From positions 2,373-66,372 of IMG/VR virus record IMGVR_UViG_3300027749_000111: a stretch of 64,000 nucleotides of DNA, one strand, 5' to 3'. Position numbers and translations under genes: made by a program. The notes beneath the pieces were generated by a model, which saw nothing but the letters and a program-made list of their open reading frames with translations, was not told where the DNA came from and ran no database searches. Position 1 is the first letter of the stretch; every line of letters starts with the position of its first letter. The DNA is from a virus. Below are positions 46,572 through 56,598 of this stretch, one piece after another.

Positions 46572-47588
46572 ATGGCTGCTCGCTCATTTATCATTCAGCT
46601 TCAACCCGGAGTTGGTCAGGCTATTCTTCCTGATCACCGCAAGATGCTCCCTGGCCTTCAATACGTTGTTGATGCCGAAACATTTGGAAAGATCTCGCTA
46701 GGCGCCCGCCAAAACATCGTTAAAGTTGTTAGCGTTAACCTGGACAACACTGGCAATGCTTCATTGACTACCAGCAGTGGTACCTTTGTTCCTGCACAGG
46801 TTTCTAGTGGTCTTAACACACAAGCTGTTGCCAGTGGAGTCAGCTGGTTTAATTTGCTCACCACAGTTGGAACTAGCCTGTCATCCTTTAGCCTTGCTGG
46901 ATTTGGTGCACAAGGTTACGATGCCGGTGGTACCCAAGGTACCGGTACCGGCATTGGTACACCCAATTCTACTTTGAGTGGAACTGCTAGCAATCAAACA
47001 TTGGTTGGCCCAGAGGGTAACCGCTACTCACTGGTCTACAACGGAACCAACGTAGCTATTTCCGGTGGTTGGTCAACAGTATGGCTTGATGAAAACAATC
47101 GTTACGTTACCCCAAGCGGTGCCACATCATATCAAGTTAACGCAGATGGCCTTGGAACTTCATATGCAATTAGTTCTAACACCAGCTTGCCCAGCACACT
47201 TGGCACCAACGTAACAACGGTTGGAACCAAGCAGGGTGCCTTTGCCGGTATTTCGCTTGTAAACATTCCAGCTGGTAACTTTGGTTGGGTTATGATTGAA
47301 GGCACTCACCCTAACGTTGCCGTTCCTAGCGGTACTGCTGTTGGATCTACCGTAGCAGTTGGTAGTGGTACTGGTGCCAACCTTGGCGTTGCCCGTACAG
47401 TCAACCCAACAGCTACAAGCGTCAGTGCTGCTGGCGTTGTAACTGGTAGCGCTCTTGCTAACAACGTATTTGGTACTGTATTGACAGCTGCTGCTAGTGG
47501 AACAAGCACCAACCAGTGGTTTGCTGCTGTTGAAGTGCGCAGCCGTCGTGTCAAGAAGCCATACGTCAGAGTTTTGAACAAGAACTAG
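46572..47588 (+). CDS. Putative virion structural protein
   Basis: 338 aa, xSG-rich, IPAGNFGWVMIEG motif reminiscent of decoration proteins. Confidence 0.7.
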   Translation: MAARSFIIQLQPGVGQAILPDHRKMLPGLQYVVDAETFGKISLGARQNIVKVVSVNLDNTGNASLTTSSGTFVPAQVSSGLNTQAVASGVSWFNLLTTVGTSLSSFSLAGFGAQGYDAGGTQGTGTGIGTPNSTLSGTASNQTLVGPEGNRYSLVYNGTNVAISGGWSTVWLDENNRYVTPSGATSYQVNADGLGTSYAISSNTSLPSTLGTNVTTVGTKQGAFAGISLVNIPAGNFGWVMIEGTHPNVAVPSGTAVGSTVAVGSGTGANLGVARTVNPTATSVSAAGVVTGSALANNVFGTVLTAAASGTSTNQWFAAVEVRSRRVKKPYVRVLNKN

Positions 47589-47601
47589 CATCAAAGAGGT
47601 A

Positions 47602-47628
47602 GGTGCTGTATAATGGGTATACAGCACC
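47602..47628 (+). terminator. Inverted repeat/hairpin between transcription units
   Basis: GGTGCTGTATA-ATGGG-TATACAGCACC, a perfect 11-bp stem. Confidence 0.6.
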
Positions 47629-47644
47629 CTAGACCAGAGGTAAT

Positions 47645-48151
47645 ATGAGCAAGAAAATTATAAACTTTGAACCTGAAGAGGTTACCCAGAACGTTGACAC
47701 CTTTCCAGAAGAGTGGAAAGATGAGTTCGAAGGTCTATTGTTTCTAGGTTATCTTCAAAGAGAAGTAACTCAGATTCCATTTCACAAGTTTGTAATCAGG
47801 ACCTTGACCATCAATGAAAAGATTGATGTTAGTCTTATTACCAAGCCATATGTTGATAGCGTAGGCTTCAACCGTGCTTGGAAGTCAGCCGTCGTTGCAG
47901 CCGGTCTAGTCAGTGTTGATGGTAGAGAATTGGTATCATCCAACAAGAGTATCAATTCATTGCAGCAAAAGTATGATTATGTTACCAGCAACTGGTATGA
48001 CATCGTCGTAGAACTGCTGTATGAAGAAATTCAAAAGCTTGAAGATACAGTTGTCATCGTGCTTGGAGAATTGGGGATTATACCAAGAGTAGCCCCAACT
48101 AGTGTGTTTGAAGACGAGCAGGAATCCGATATCCCAAAAGATGGGAAGTAG
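47645..48151 (+). CDS. Tail assembly chaperone (short form)
   Basis: Upstream of the tape measure gene; ends ATC CCA AAA GAT GGG AAG TAG. Confidence 0.75.
   Translation: MSKKIINFEPEEVTQNVDTFPEEWKDEFEGLLFLGYLQREVTQIPFHKFVIRTLTINEKIDVSLITKPYVDSVGFNRAWKSAVVAAGLVSVDGRELVSSNKSINSLQQKYDYVTSNWYDIVVELLYEEIQKLEDTVVIVLGELGIIPRVAPTSVFEDEQESDIPKDGK
48133..48139 (+). promoter_or_regulatory. Programmed -1 frameshift slippery site C CCA AAA
   Basis: In-frame X XXY YYZ heptamer; the -1 frame is open to 48564. Confidence 0.8.
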
Positions 48152-48564
48152 ATCCCTACATAGTTGGCAAAACTGAAATTGCGTTTGCACGCGGAATATT
48201 AAGCCAACTTGATCTTAATTCAGTACAAGAACAAATGCTTCTTGCAGTTATGTATCGCAAACAAAAGAAAGAAATTGAAGCTGAAGAATCTGCTTTTGAA
48301 CGCGATCTTTTTATTAACAATCCTTCTATGTATCAAGAATACTTAAAACAAAAAGAAGAAGATGTCTCCAGTGGCAACAATGGCATAACGTGGGTTGCTC
48401 CTGAAAGCGTTGAAGAAGCTCGTGAGCTTATGAACATCTTTGCTGATGTTGAAAAACAATTAAACCAAGAGAAGAACGGTTATCAAAATGAAGAAAGCTC
48501 AGAACAATCAATGAGTTTTATAAATTTGTTTAACGGTATCAATATCGATGAGATTGGTGAATAA
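48139..48564 (+). CDS. Tail assembly chaperone frameshift extension
   Basis: -1 frame reads RWEVDPYIVGKTEIAFARG...QEQMLLAV... and is continuous with track ORF 48235-48564. Confidence 0.75.
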   Translation, partial: RWEVDPYIVGKTEIAFARGILSQLDLNSVQEQMLLAVMYRKQKKEIEAEESAFERDLFINNPSMYQEYLKQKEEDVSSGNNGITWVAPESVEEARELMNIFADVEKQLNQEKNGYQNEESSEQSMSFINLFNGINIDEIGE

Positions 48565-48566
48565 CA

Positions 48567-51131
48567 ATGGCAGAGGTACCATTTAATATTACAGGTGATA
48601 ATAGCAACTTTGAAAGTTCACTTAACAATAGTGCACGCATTGTAAAAGAAATGGTTCAAGACTTTCAAACTCTTAATGATGCTATGGATAGCACCGTTAC
48701 TAGAGCAAGCAAAATAAAAACATTCTTTGAAGACAATGTTGAGCTTGTTGGAGACATGAAAAAAATGCTTGAACTCATTGCAAGTATCAATGAAAGCAAC
48801 CAAGCTGCTCTAACAAACAACCTGCAAGCCATTCGTGAAATGCTTACCAGCGTTAGCAGGATGGGTGGAAACATTCAAGATGCTGCAAGATTAATTAATA
48901 CAGCAAGCATTGCTGGTGGAGGCGGCTTTGGCGGTGGCGGTGGAAATGCTGCAGATCAAATTCAACAATATCAACAGCAGCTAGCTGCCAACCAACCAAA
49001 ACAATCTGCTCAACAAGAAGAAAAAGATTTTATTATTGGTGCAACTGACCGAATTGCTGCCAAAGCAGTTGCTGAAGGTGAAACTGCAAATAGGTTTAAA
49101 TCAATTTTTGGTGGTAAAAAAGAAATAGAAGACAAAGAAGAAAAAGAAAAGAGTAAGCTAGAAAAACTAGCACAAGAAGTGACTGAAAATAATATCCGTG
49201 CGTTTGGAGGCGCCCCAGGCGCCCCAGGCGGCAGGCGTAGAACGTCAGACGAAGACGACGAAGAACCAAGCTTACCGCCTGTAATTAGAGCGAGTAAACC
49301 CCCAGAAAAAACAGAAGAAAAAGCTAAACCCGCCCCAGTTGATGCATATTATGAAGCAATAATTAAAAAATTCCCAAATTTAGATGGCAAACTTGAACGA
49401 GAGACACCAACTGAAAATCCACGAATAGCAGCAAATTTTGCTAAAGACTCAATAAGTAGGTGGGGAAACGCAACACTCCTCAAGCCATTTGCTAGCTTTT
49501 TAAATAGAAAGATTCCAAGGCTATCAAGCGTTGCTACCGCTATTGACACAATGAAAGCTAAAGTAGCAGAAAACGAGTACATGGCAGACATGGGAGAAGG
49601 TGCTCCTATAGCTACAGAAGAAATCTGGAAAAAGCATCTAGAAGATCCAAATAATGACCTTACCAAGGCATACAGCGCAATGAATCGAGCTTTATCGAAA
49701 CCCTTTCAAAGACTTGCTAATTTTCGTAATACCCCTGCTGCTCAAGCATTTGCTGGCTATCAAGGAGCCACTCAATTGGCAGCTCTTGCCAGACAATACA
49801 CTGGCATTGGCCAACAGTATGGTGGCGCAATGGGCACTGTTGACTATGGACAATCTGCAGGCTTGGCCTTGCAAGCCAACACAAAGTCATTATTTGGTCT
49901 TAACCCATTTTATAGTACACAGAATGCTATGCAAGCCCAGATGCAAGGCATTGGAATTGGTTATCGCGGCGCTGGATTAAATCAATATCAAAGTATTGCC
50001 CAGAACATGCAAACCACTCTTGGCCTTAGTCAAGGGCAAATTGGTAGCATAATTGGTGCCACAACAGGTGCTGGTGTTTCGCAACAGGCCGCTGCAAATA
50101 CCATTTCCGCAGTTAGACAAGCTGGCAATGGATCTAGCTTTTACAATGCTAGCTATGCTACTCAAGTGGCTACCAGCAACATGGTAACTGGCGGTAGCAT
50201 TGGTCTGAGCAGCAGTGCTGCTGCATATCTCGGCACAACAGCCAGCGGTTTAGCCAAGGATGCAATTGCTGGTCGCGAGCAATTTACTGGCATTGAAGCT
50301 ATGAACAGCCCATTTGGCCTTAGCATTGTTGCTACTGCGCTTGGTGTTCAAATGACTGATTTGTATAGCATCACAGGCAAAATGGGTGGCAAGCAATACC
50401 TTAACCTGTACACTGGCCTTTTACTTGACAGGATTTCACAGACTGTAGGCATTGATTTTCGTACTATAAAAAGTATAGATCAACTTAAACAAAAGGCCTA
50501 TATCTTGATGCAAGTTCTACCAGGCTTTGGCATTACTCAAGTAACTGATCAACAGGGTGCTGTTGACTATGTATGGCTTTTGATTCAACAGTATAAAAAT
50601 AGTGGTGGCGATAGTAAACGCGCAGACACAATTAGAATCTTTCATGCAGGCGGCCCACAACACAATCCTACCCATAGCGGTAGTGGCGGACACAGTAGTG
50701 GCGGCCTCGTCCCCACTGGTCGGGCCGCAGTAATGAACAACTTTAGCGAAAGTGGTAGTGGCGGTAGCGGTAGTGGCGGACACAGTAGTGGCGGACACAA
50801 TGGTGGTAGCGGTAGTCCTGTTAGCGCTGGTGCCACTGGTCGGGCCGCAGTAATGAACAACTTTAGCGAAAGTGGTAGTGGCGGTAGCGGTAGTACTGTT
50901 AGCGCTGCAATACAAAATTTAAATTCTAGAATCTATAATGGTACTGGCCACACTGGCAGTGGAGGGTCTAGTAATAGCGGTGGTGGTGGTAACAATAGTA
51001 CAACCACTACAATAAGTTTTGCAAACGTCAACTCACACAGATTAGCACAGTTAGTCGGTCTGGCACTCACAACCAATACCAATGGGCAAACTCCGGTCAC
51101 TCATAACATTCCTAGAGGTGTTACTCCATGA
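48567..51131 (+). CDS. Tape measure protein
   Basis: 854 aa, helical and A/G/Q-rich, after the chaperone; Gly/Ser-rich C-terminal linker. Confidence 0.75.
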   Translation: MAEVPFNITGDNSNFESSLNNSARIVKEMVQDFQTLNDAMDSTVTRASKIKTFFEDNVELVGDMKKMLELIASINESNQAALTNNLQAIREMLTSVSRMGGNIQDAARLINTASIAGGGGFGGGGGNAADQIQQYQQQLAANQPKQSAQQEEKDFIIGATDRIAAKAVAEGETANRFKSIFGGKKEIEDKEEKEKSKLEKLAQEVTENNIRAFGGAPGAPGGRRRTSDEDDEEPSLPPVIRASKPPEKTEEKAKPAPVDAYYEAIIKKFPNLDGKLERETPTENPRIAANFAKDSISRWGNATLLKPFASFLNRKIPRLSSVATAIDTMKAKVAENEYMADMGEGAPIATEEIWKKHLEDPNNDLTKAYSAMNRALSKPFQRLANFRNTPAAQAFAGYQGATQLAALARQYTGIGQQYGGAMGTVDYGQSAGLALQANTKSLFGLNPFYSTQNAMQAQMQGIGIGYRGAGLNQYQSIAQNMQTTLGLSQGQIGSIIGATTGAGVSQQAAANTISAVRQAGNGSSFYNASYATQVATSNMVTGGSIGLSSSAAAYLGTTASGLAKDAIAGREQFTGIEAMNSPFGLSIVATALGVQMTDLYSITGKMGGKQYLNLYTGLLLDRISQTVGIDFRTIKSIDQLKQKAYILMQVLPGFGITQVTDQQGAVDYVWLLIQQYKNSGGDSKRADTIRIFHAGGPQHNPTHSGSGGHSSGGLVPTGRAAVMNNFSESGSGGSGSGGHSSGGHNGGSGSPVSAGATGRAAVMNNFSESGSGGSGSTVSAAIQNLNSRIYNGTGHTGSGGSSNSGGGGNNSTTTTISFANVNSHRLAQLVGLALTTNTNGQTPVTHNIPRGVTP
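50713..50894 (+). repeat. Exact 62-bp direct repeat, period 120 bp
   Basis: CCACTGGTCGGGCCGCAGTAATGAACAACTTTAGCGAAAGTGGTAGTGGCGGTAGCGGTAGT at 50713 and 50833. Confidence 0.9.
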
Positions 51132-51712
51132 CCAATCAAATGAATAAACCATTAACAACAGTTGCTTCGTTTATTGATAAAACTTCCAGCCCAGAAAAAG
51201 TTTATAATTTTCCATTTAATATTGATAGTTTGAATTGGTCCTATCAAGTTAACACGCAAAGCTATGACACTATTGGTGGTCGTGTCACTCAAATGTTGTC
51301 TGCTCGAGCCACCATGATGTCATTGCAAGGCCAAGCTGGCAACCGTGAAAACGTTGTTAATTTGTATGAAACTTTTAAAAAGCTACAAGACACTCAGAAT
51401 ACAACCAAATCCAGCATGACACTAAGCGTTCCCAGCCAAAATTTATTGTTTAATGTTTGGCTAGAACAGATGCAAATTGGTTGGGACATCACAACAATTA
51501 CATATCCTTATTCAATGTCATTTGAATTGGATCAGGACCTTTCAAATGCATCGGTAAGCGCATTAACATCAGCCGCTATGAGCACAGCACTAAATAAAAT
51601 TGCAGGTGGCATTGGTTTTAATCCAGTTTGGCTTGGATTGTCTACCCTTGATCTTAACTTACAATTTAGTGATATTAAAACTTTTATAAATCAATTTCAA
51701 ACACAACAATAA
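51128..51712 (+). CDS. Putative baseplate/tube initiator protein
   Basis: Follows the tape measure gene; FPFN...SYQ...TIGGRV pattern. Confidence 0.6.
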   Translation: MTNQMNKPLTTVASFIDKTSSPEKVYNFPFNIDSLNWSYQVNTQSYDTIGGRVTQMLSARATMMSLQGQAGNRENVVNLYETFKKLQDTQNTTKSSMTLSVPSQNLLFNVWLEQMQIGWDITTITYPYSMSFELDQDLSNASVSALTSAAMSTALNKIAGGIGFNPVWLGLSTLDLNLQFSDIKTFINQFQTQQ

Positions 51713-51727
51713 TAAGGGTAGATAGAT

Positions 51728-51907
51728 ATGGATAACAAACAACAACTATACACTGCTAATTGCAAAGTGTCTGGCCCCATTCTTTACGCTGGCAAACAAG
51801 ATGTTGTATTTAATGGCTTTGCATTCAGTGGAAGTATGGGAATGATTCATCAAATAAATACGGATAACAATCCAGATTGGCAATCATGGCTGGGAACGCA
51901 GCAATAA
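51728..51907 (+). CDS. Small hypothetical protein (59 aa)
   Basis: Manual ORF MDNKQQLYTANCKVSGPIL... fills the gap. Confidence 0.5.
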   Translation: MDNKQQLYTANCKVSGPILYAGKQDVVFNGFAFSGSMGMIHQINTDNNPDWQSWLGTQQ

Positions 51908-52560
51908 CTCTTTACAATGGCAGCAAGCCTGTTACTTATGATCTGTGGATACAGAGCATTCGCACAGCTTCTAACAATCAATTTAGTGCACAGCAAACGC
52001 ATGCTGGTATGAATTGGATACCAATTCGTCGTGCTGAAATGTTTATAGACTTTGTAGCACTATGGCCAATTGTGGGCACTGGGGATTATGATAATTCGAA
52101 TACATTAAAACAAGGGTATGAAGACCTTGATCCAAGCGACGGCTTTGGTAAAATGAATAGATTGCAAGATGCTATCAAGAATCACCACCATTCTACTATT
52201 AATTCTGCTGGCATACCAACTCCAATGCAATTAATTTATTATAACAATGATAGCAACTCTCCCATATACAATCCAATGATTAGTCCGTTAAACAGTAGCA
52301 AGAATACTCTATCAACACTACAATATAGTGGATGGATACAGAGCGCAGAAAAACAATATGTTAAATTTAAAAACGTTTTTTATACCAATTACCATATGAA
52401 CATCTTGACAAAGAACAATAGCAACACTCCATCAACTGTTATGCAACAAAATTATACCTATGCACCAACTGCAGCCACTCAACAAGCATATGGTGACAGT
52501 TGGATCAGGCTCGGCCCATTGGTTGCAAGCATTCCTCAAATTAACGGTATTACACGATGA
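51886..52560 (+). CDS. Putative baseplate protein
   Basis: ATG 51886 in the track frame; baseplate module position. Confidence 0.6.
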   Translation: MAGNAAITLYNGSKPVTYDLWIQSIRTASNNQFSAQQTHAGMNWIPIRRAEMFIDFVALWPIVGTGDYDNSNTLKQGYEDLDPSDGFGKMNRLQDAIKNHHHSTINSAGIPTPMQLIYYNNDSNSPIYNPMISPLNSSKNTLSTLQYSGWIQSAEKQYVKFKNVFYTNYHMNILTKNNSNTPSTVMQQNYTYAPTAATQQAYGDSWIRLGPLVASIPQINGITR

Positions 52561-55325
52561 GTTTTAATCAATCAGGAACCTTTGCATATTCACCCGATGT
52601 TGCTTGCAGCATCTATACTAGAAATGGCATAGTTGATGTATCTCAAGATATCATTGATTTTACCATTACAAGGCAGATGAATGCTGTTAGCCAAATGAAC
52701 ATGGTGTTGGCCAATCCTGGTCGTAAATACAATCGTAAAATTAATACTATGGATCGCGTTACGGTCTTTTTAAAAAGAACAAGTTGGATTCAAGTGTTTA
52801 CTGGATATATTACCTTTGCTCCTATTGAAACGCTTGTACCAACGCCTATTAATATTGCTGCTGACTGTACACTGCGCATATTGCAAACTACCTATTGGGA
52901 TGACCAGTTGAGTGCATTTCAACAGCTGTTGATGAACAACTCAGACACTGTTGCTCAGAGCTCTGATGCCACTCTTAACGATGGTGGTGTTGCTCAGATG
53001 ATAATAAATTTGTTAGTTGATGTTTGTGGATGGAATCAAAACAATATTCACATCCAATCGATACCTTTTAAATTTATAGAGTATGCAAGTCAAGCTTATA
53101 CATCACAAATATCAGCATCAACAGGTAGATTAGATCAAAATGTTATTAACAACCTTATATCAGCCATTGGTGCCAACTCATACATCAATGGCAAAAGCAA
53201 CGTAACAGGTGGTCTTAACTCTACCAATACACACAGCGTAACTCAAAGTGGCGCTCCAGCCGGTACAAAGTTTACAGTATTAAATGCTCAAGCGTTTTAT
53301 ACAACACCGTTGACTAAACACACATACTCATATGCAGATTACAATCGAACAAATTCCGCTAGTAATGGCATAAGTTTTAACACTTGGCAGGCCAATCAAA
53401 ACCAAAGAGATTTTAATACACCTGGGGATAACCCAATGAATCCTATTAATGGCGATGCTGTTACCAAGGATATTTATTGGTGCAATTTGCCATTTGTATA
53501 TTCTACATATACTGATCAAAAAAAAATTGATTATGCTAAAAATTGGATTAAACATAATTATGTAAACAATGATAATACTGGTCGTTTTTTAACACTAACA
53601 AATTACAGTACAAATAAAAGCATTGCTCTTAGAGCAACTGGTGTACTACAAAAACCCAATGTAACTGTTAAAAATAAAGCTGTAATCATTACAGACATTG
53701 CCAATGCTAATTATATTCAAGTGCATCCTGCCGTGGTAGCCTATTTAAATGGCAAAGCAACTGATGATGATCCAACAAAAGTTGTTGTTGGTAATGCGCC
53801 ATCATTTATTCCAACTGCTCCAATCTTTATAAGTTGGTCTAGCACCGAGGTAAAAAATGCTGGTCCAATAAACATTACATCCAATCAAACTACAGATCAA
53901 ATTAAAAGCGCTCTTGGTGTAACAACTACTAATAATAATGCTATATTAACCAGCGCAAAAGATAGATTGCTTACTGCAGCACAAGCTCAAGTCGGTGCTA
54001 TATACAGCCAAGACAGCAGTGGCCCCCACTATCGTGAAACACCAGGTAACGGTAGCAAAAAAGGTTCATTTGACTGTAGTGGCTTTACACAATGGTGTTA
54101 TAAACAAATTGGTATTAGTATTGGTGGTGTTACCACCACTCAGTGGGGTGCAGGAAAGTCTAGTGACAATGCTACGCACGGAGCATTCTTAGGCAACAAC
54201 ACACCTCCACAAGCTGGTGATTTGATCTTTTGGAATACTTATAATAATTCAGAAAAGCAACCAGGGCACGTTTCAATGTGCCTTGAAAGTTTTGATGCTA
54301 AAACGGGTAAAGGTGCAATCATATCAGCCAATGGTACAGGCATGCCTCTTAGCATTGATCGTTCAATTAATTGGAAGACTCTCAAAGGTGGTGGTATACT
54401 TAATAACAACACTAAATATAAAATGCAATACATGGGTGCACGCCGCCCACTAACACTACATCCTGGTTGGGGTGTATCGTCTTCAAACAACTCTAGCAGC
54501 GTTGATCCAAACAACCCTAGCAGTGCTCTTTTAAATATTAATAGTAGTTTTAACAACTTGTTGGGCCCTCCTGTAATAAATCCAATAGCAAGCGCTCTTG
54601 TAGGAACTCCAAGAGCCTTTTTGCTTGACAACAACGTCATGGCTGATTTCCAGCAGATTATGGGTGCTGGTCTAAGAAATTATATGAGTGCTCCCAATGG
54701 TGATTTTGTAGGTTGGTTCTCTGATTTTTATGGAATATTTGGCACTGATCCATGTCTTGAAATTAGCCCAGTAGAAATTGTTGACTTTCAAATTTACCAT
54801 GATGACAATCAATTGGTTACTCACTATGGCGTTGTTGGAGATACTAGTTTGAATAATTCTACTGGCGCCATATCAAACTATTTGACAAGCAACGGCATTA
54901 TCAGTATAGAAGACGGCTCTACTATGAACATAATGTTTGGCGGATTGAGCAATTCAACCAATACTACAGTTAATGCTTTAAGTTTTCTTCAAAGGTATGG
55001 TTTGCGTCCAATGGTGCAATCACAAAATATGATTAAAAGCCATAGCATGGAATATATGTATGGTTTGTATGGTTTTATGAATCAATGGGCCAATCAATTT
55101 GCCAGCACTATTAACCTTACATTTATGCCAGAATTATATCCAGGAATGAGGGTATCAATGCATATTGACAATGAAGCAGGCAGCACAGATCATTATCAAT
55201 TCTACTGCACAGCAGTAACGCACCAGGGCAGTCGTTCAGGCGGTTTTACCACGCAAGCAGTATTTACTGCACCAAAAAAGAATGGTAATATTTTAGATTA
55301 TGGATACGATTACGTATGGCGTTAA
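52557..55325 (+). CDS. Baseplate hub protein with inserted NlpC/P60 cell-wall hydrolase
   Basis: DVSQDI...LANPG at the N-terminus; internal FDCSGF...AGDLIF...GHV; C-terminal FMPELYPGMRV...VTH. Confidence 0.8.
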   Translation: MSFNQSGTFAYSPDVACSIYTRNGIVDVSQDIIDFTITRQMNAVSQMNMVLANPGRKYNRKINTMDRVTVFLKRTSWIQVFTGYITFAPIETLVPTPINIAADCTLRILQTTYWDDQLSAFQQLLMNNSDTVAQSSDATLNDGGVAQMIINLLVDVCGWNQNNIHIQSIPFKFIEYASQAYTSQISASTGRLDQNVINNLISAIGANSYINGKSNVTGGLNSTNTHSVTQSGAPAGTKFTVLNAQAFYTTPLTKHTYSYADYNRTNSASNGISFNTWQANQNQRDFNTPGDNPMNPINGDAVTKDIYWCNLPFVYSTYTDQKKIDYAKNWIKHNYVNNDNTGRFLTLTNYSTNKSIALRATGVLQKPNVTVKNKAVIITDIANANYIQVHPAVVAYLNGKATDDDPTKVVVGNAPSFIPTAPIFISWSSTEVKNAGPINITSNQTTDQIKSALGVTTTNNNAILTSAKDRLLTAAQAQVGAIYSQDSSGPHYRETPGNGSKKGSFDCSGFTQWCYKQIGISIGGVTTTQWGAGKSSDNATHGAFLGNNTPPQAGDLIFWNTYNNSEKQPGHVSMCLESFDAKTGKGAIISANGTGMPLSIDRSINWKTLKGGGILNNNTKYKMQYMGARRPLTLHPGWGVSSSNNSSSVDPNNPSSALLNINSSFNNLLGPPVINPIASALVGTPRAFLLDNNVMADFQQIMGAGLRNYMSAPNGDFVGWFSDFYGIFGTDPCLEISPVEIVDFQIYHDDNQLVTHYGVVGDTSLNNSTGAISNYLTSNGIISIEDGSTMNIMFGGLSNSTNTTVNALSFLQRYGLRPMVQSQNMIKSHSMEYMYGLYGFMNQWANQFASTINLTFMPELYPGMRVSMHIDNEAGSTDHYQFYCTAVTHQGSRSGGFTTQAVFTAPKKNGNILDYGYDYVWR

Positions 55326-56113
55326 ACAACAGTTCATTCAATCCCAATGATGGGGTGCGCAGAGTAATTATTATTACTGAACCTGTTCTTTATCCACAGA
55401 GCGCAGCTGCTAATGCCAGTAAAGATTATTTTTGCAAGGCTATAGACATGAAAGGCTTTCAAATTGAAATTGATTTGCAAGCTTTACCACCCGGCGTAGC
55501 ATACAATCAAATAAAAATCAATCAAGTTTGGTGGGTAGAAAAACGCACCACAAGATATAGGTTATATTTATATGGTGGTACTTACGATCCAGAATACCAA
55601 ACTATTGATAGTACAGGCTTAATCCAACCCAATTGGGGTAGTTGGTATGATACAACTAATCAAATTGCTGTTGCATCTGGAACACCATACGTTGTAACAT
55701 TCAATACAACTGTAGGAGAAAATAATTTTACATTAGTTTCAGGATCGCAAATTACTGCCGCAGCACAGGGTATATATAACTTTCAGTTTACTGCTCAGCT
55801 TGCAATTATTAATATAGGTGGTACTGCAACCTATAATGCCAACATTTGGGTAAGACAAAATGGTATTGATGTGCCATATACTGGTGGAGAAATAAGCATT
55901 TATGCTAAATCACCATATTCACTGCCCAGCTGGAACTTTGTTCAACAAATGAATGCAGGGGATTACATACAATTAATGTGGGCCGTGGATACTCCAAACA
56001 ACATTTACGTAGCCGCACAACCTGCGGCAGCCAATGGTTACGCGCCAGCCTCTTCTATGCCACCATATGGTCCAGAAATTCCATCTTGGACTATGACTGT
56101 AGCCCAGGTATAG
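55316..56113 (+). CDS. Putative baseplate spike-region protein with C1q/TNF-like C-terminal domain
   Basis: GIYNFQFTAQL...IWVRQNG.DV...AGDYIQLMW pattern. Confidence 0.6.
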   Translation: MALNNSSFNPNDGVRRVIIITEPVLYPQSAAANASKDYFCKAIDMKGFQIEIDLQALPPGVAYNQIKINQVWWVEKRTTRYRLYLYGGTYDPEYQTIDSTGLIQPNWGSWYDTTNQIAVASGTPYVVTFNTTVGENNFTLVSGSQITAAAQGIYNFQFTAQLAIINIGGTATYNANIWVRQNGIDVPYTGGEISIYAKSPYSLPSWNFVQQMNAGDYIQLMWAVDTPNNIYVAAQPAAANGYAPASSMPPYGPEIPSWTMTVAQV

Positions 56114-56145
56114 TGTACTATGGCCTTTATTTTGCCTAAGATACT

Positions 56146-56598
56146 ATGAAGACTATATCAGTAAGCAATAGAGATATACAGCTGAATGGCGGTAAAATTC
56201 AATTTGCTACGGGGAATGCCAAGCTTGTACAAGACCTTCAGAGGTGGCTAGAAGAGCCTATAGGGACCGGTTGGACCAGCCCTGGGTTCGGTAGTCTTTT
56301 AAACAGCTATATAGGCCAGACACAAAATGTTGTTGGCACTGGAACGGTAGAAAATGAAGTGTTTAGAGTGCTTCAATTGTACCAGGGGCAACAGATCTTA
56401 TCCTTGAAAAATGCCCAAACTTCTGCTACACTAGGCAACTGGAACAAGAGTGAACTTATACAAAGCATTATATCAATTAAAACTGATGTACAAGCTACAT
56501 CTATAATTTGTAATATTGCATTGACTACTCTTGACAATAGCACTATCAATTTAACATTATCTATTAATAATAACGGAGTTAGCGTACAACATGGCTGA
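56146..56598 (+). CDS. Baseplate wedge protein (gp25-like)
   Basis: LVQDL...P.FGSLL..YIG motif, upstream of baseplate J. Confidence 0.7.
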   Translation: MKTISVSNRDIQLNGGKIQFATGNAKLVQDLQRWLEEPIGTGWTSPGFGSLLNSYIGQTQNVVGTGTVENEVFRVLQLYQGQQILSLKNAQTSATLGNWNKSELIQSIISIKTDVQATSIICNIALTTLDNSTINLTLSINNNGVSVQHG

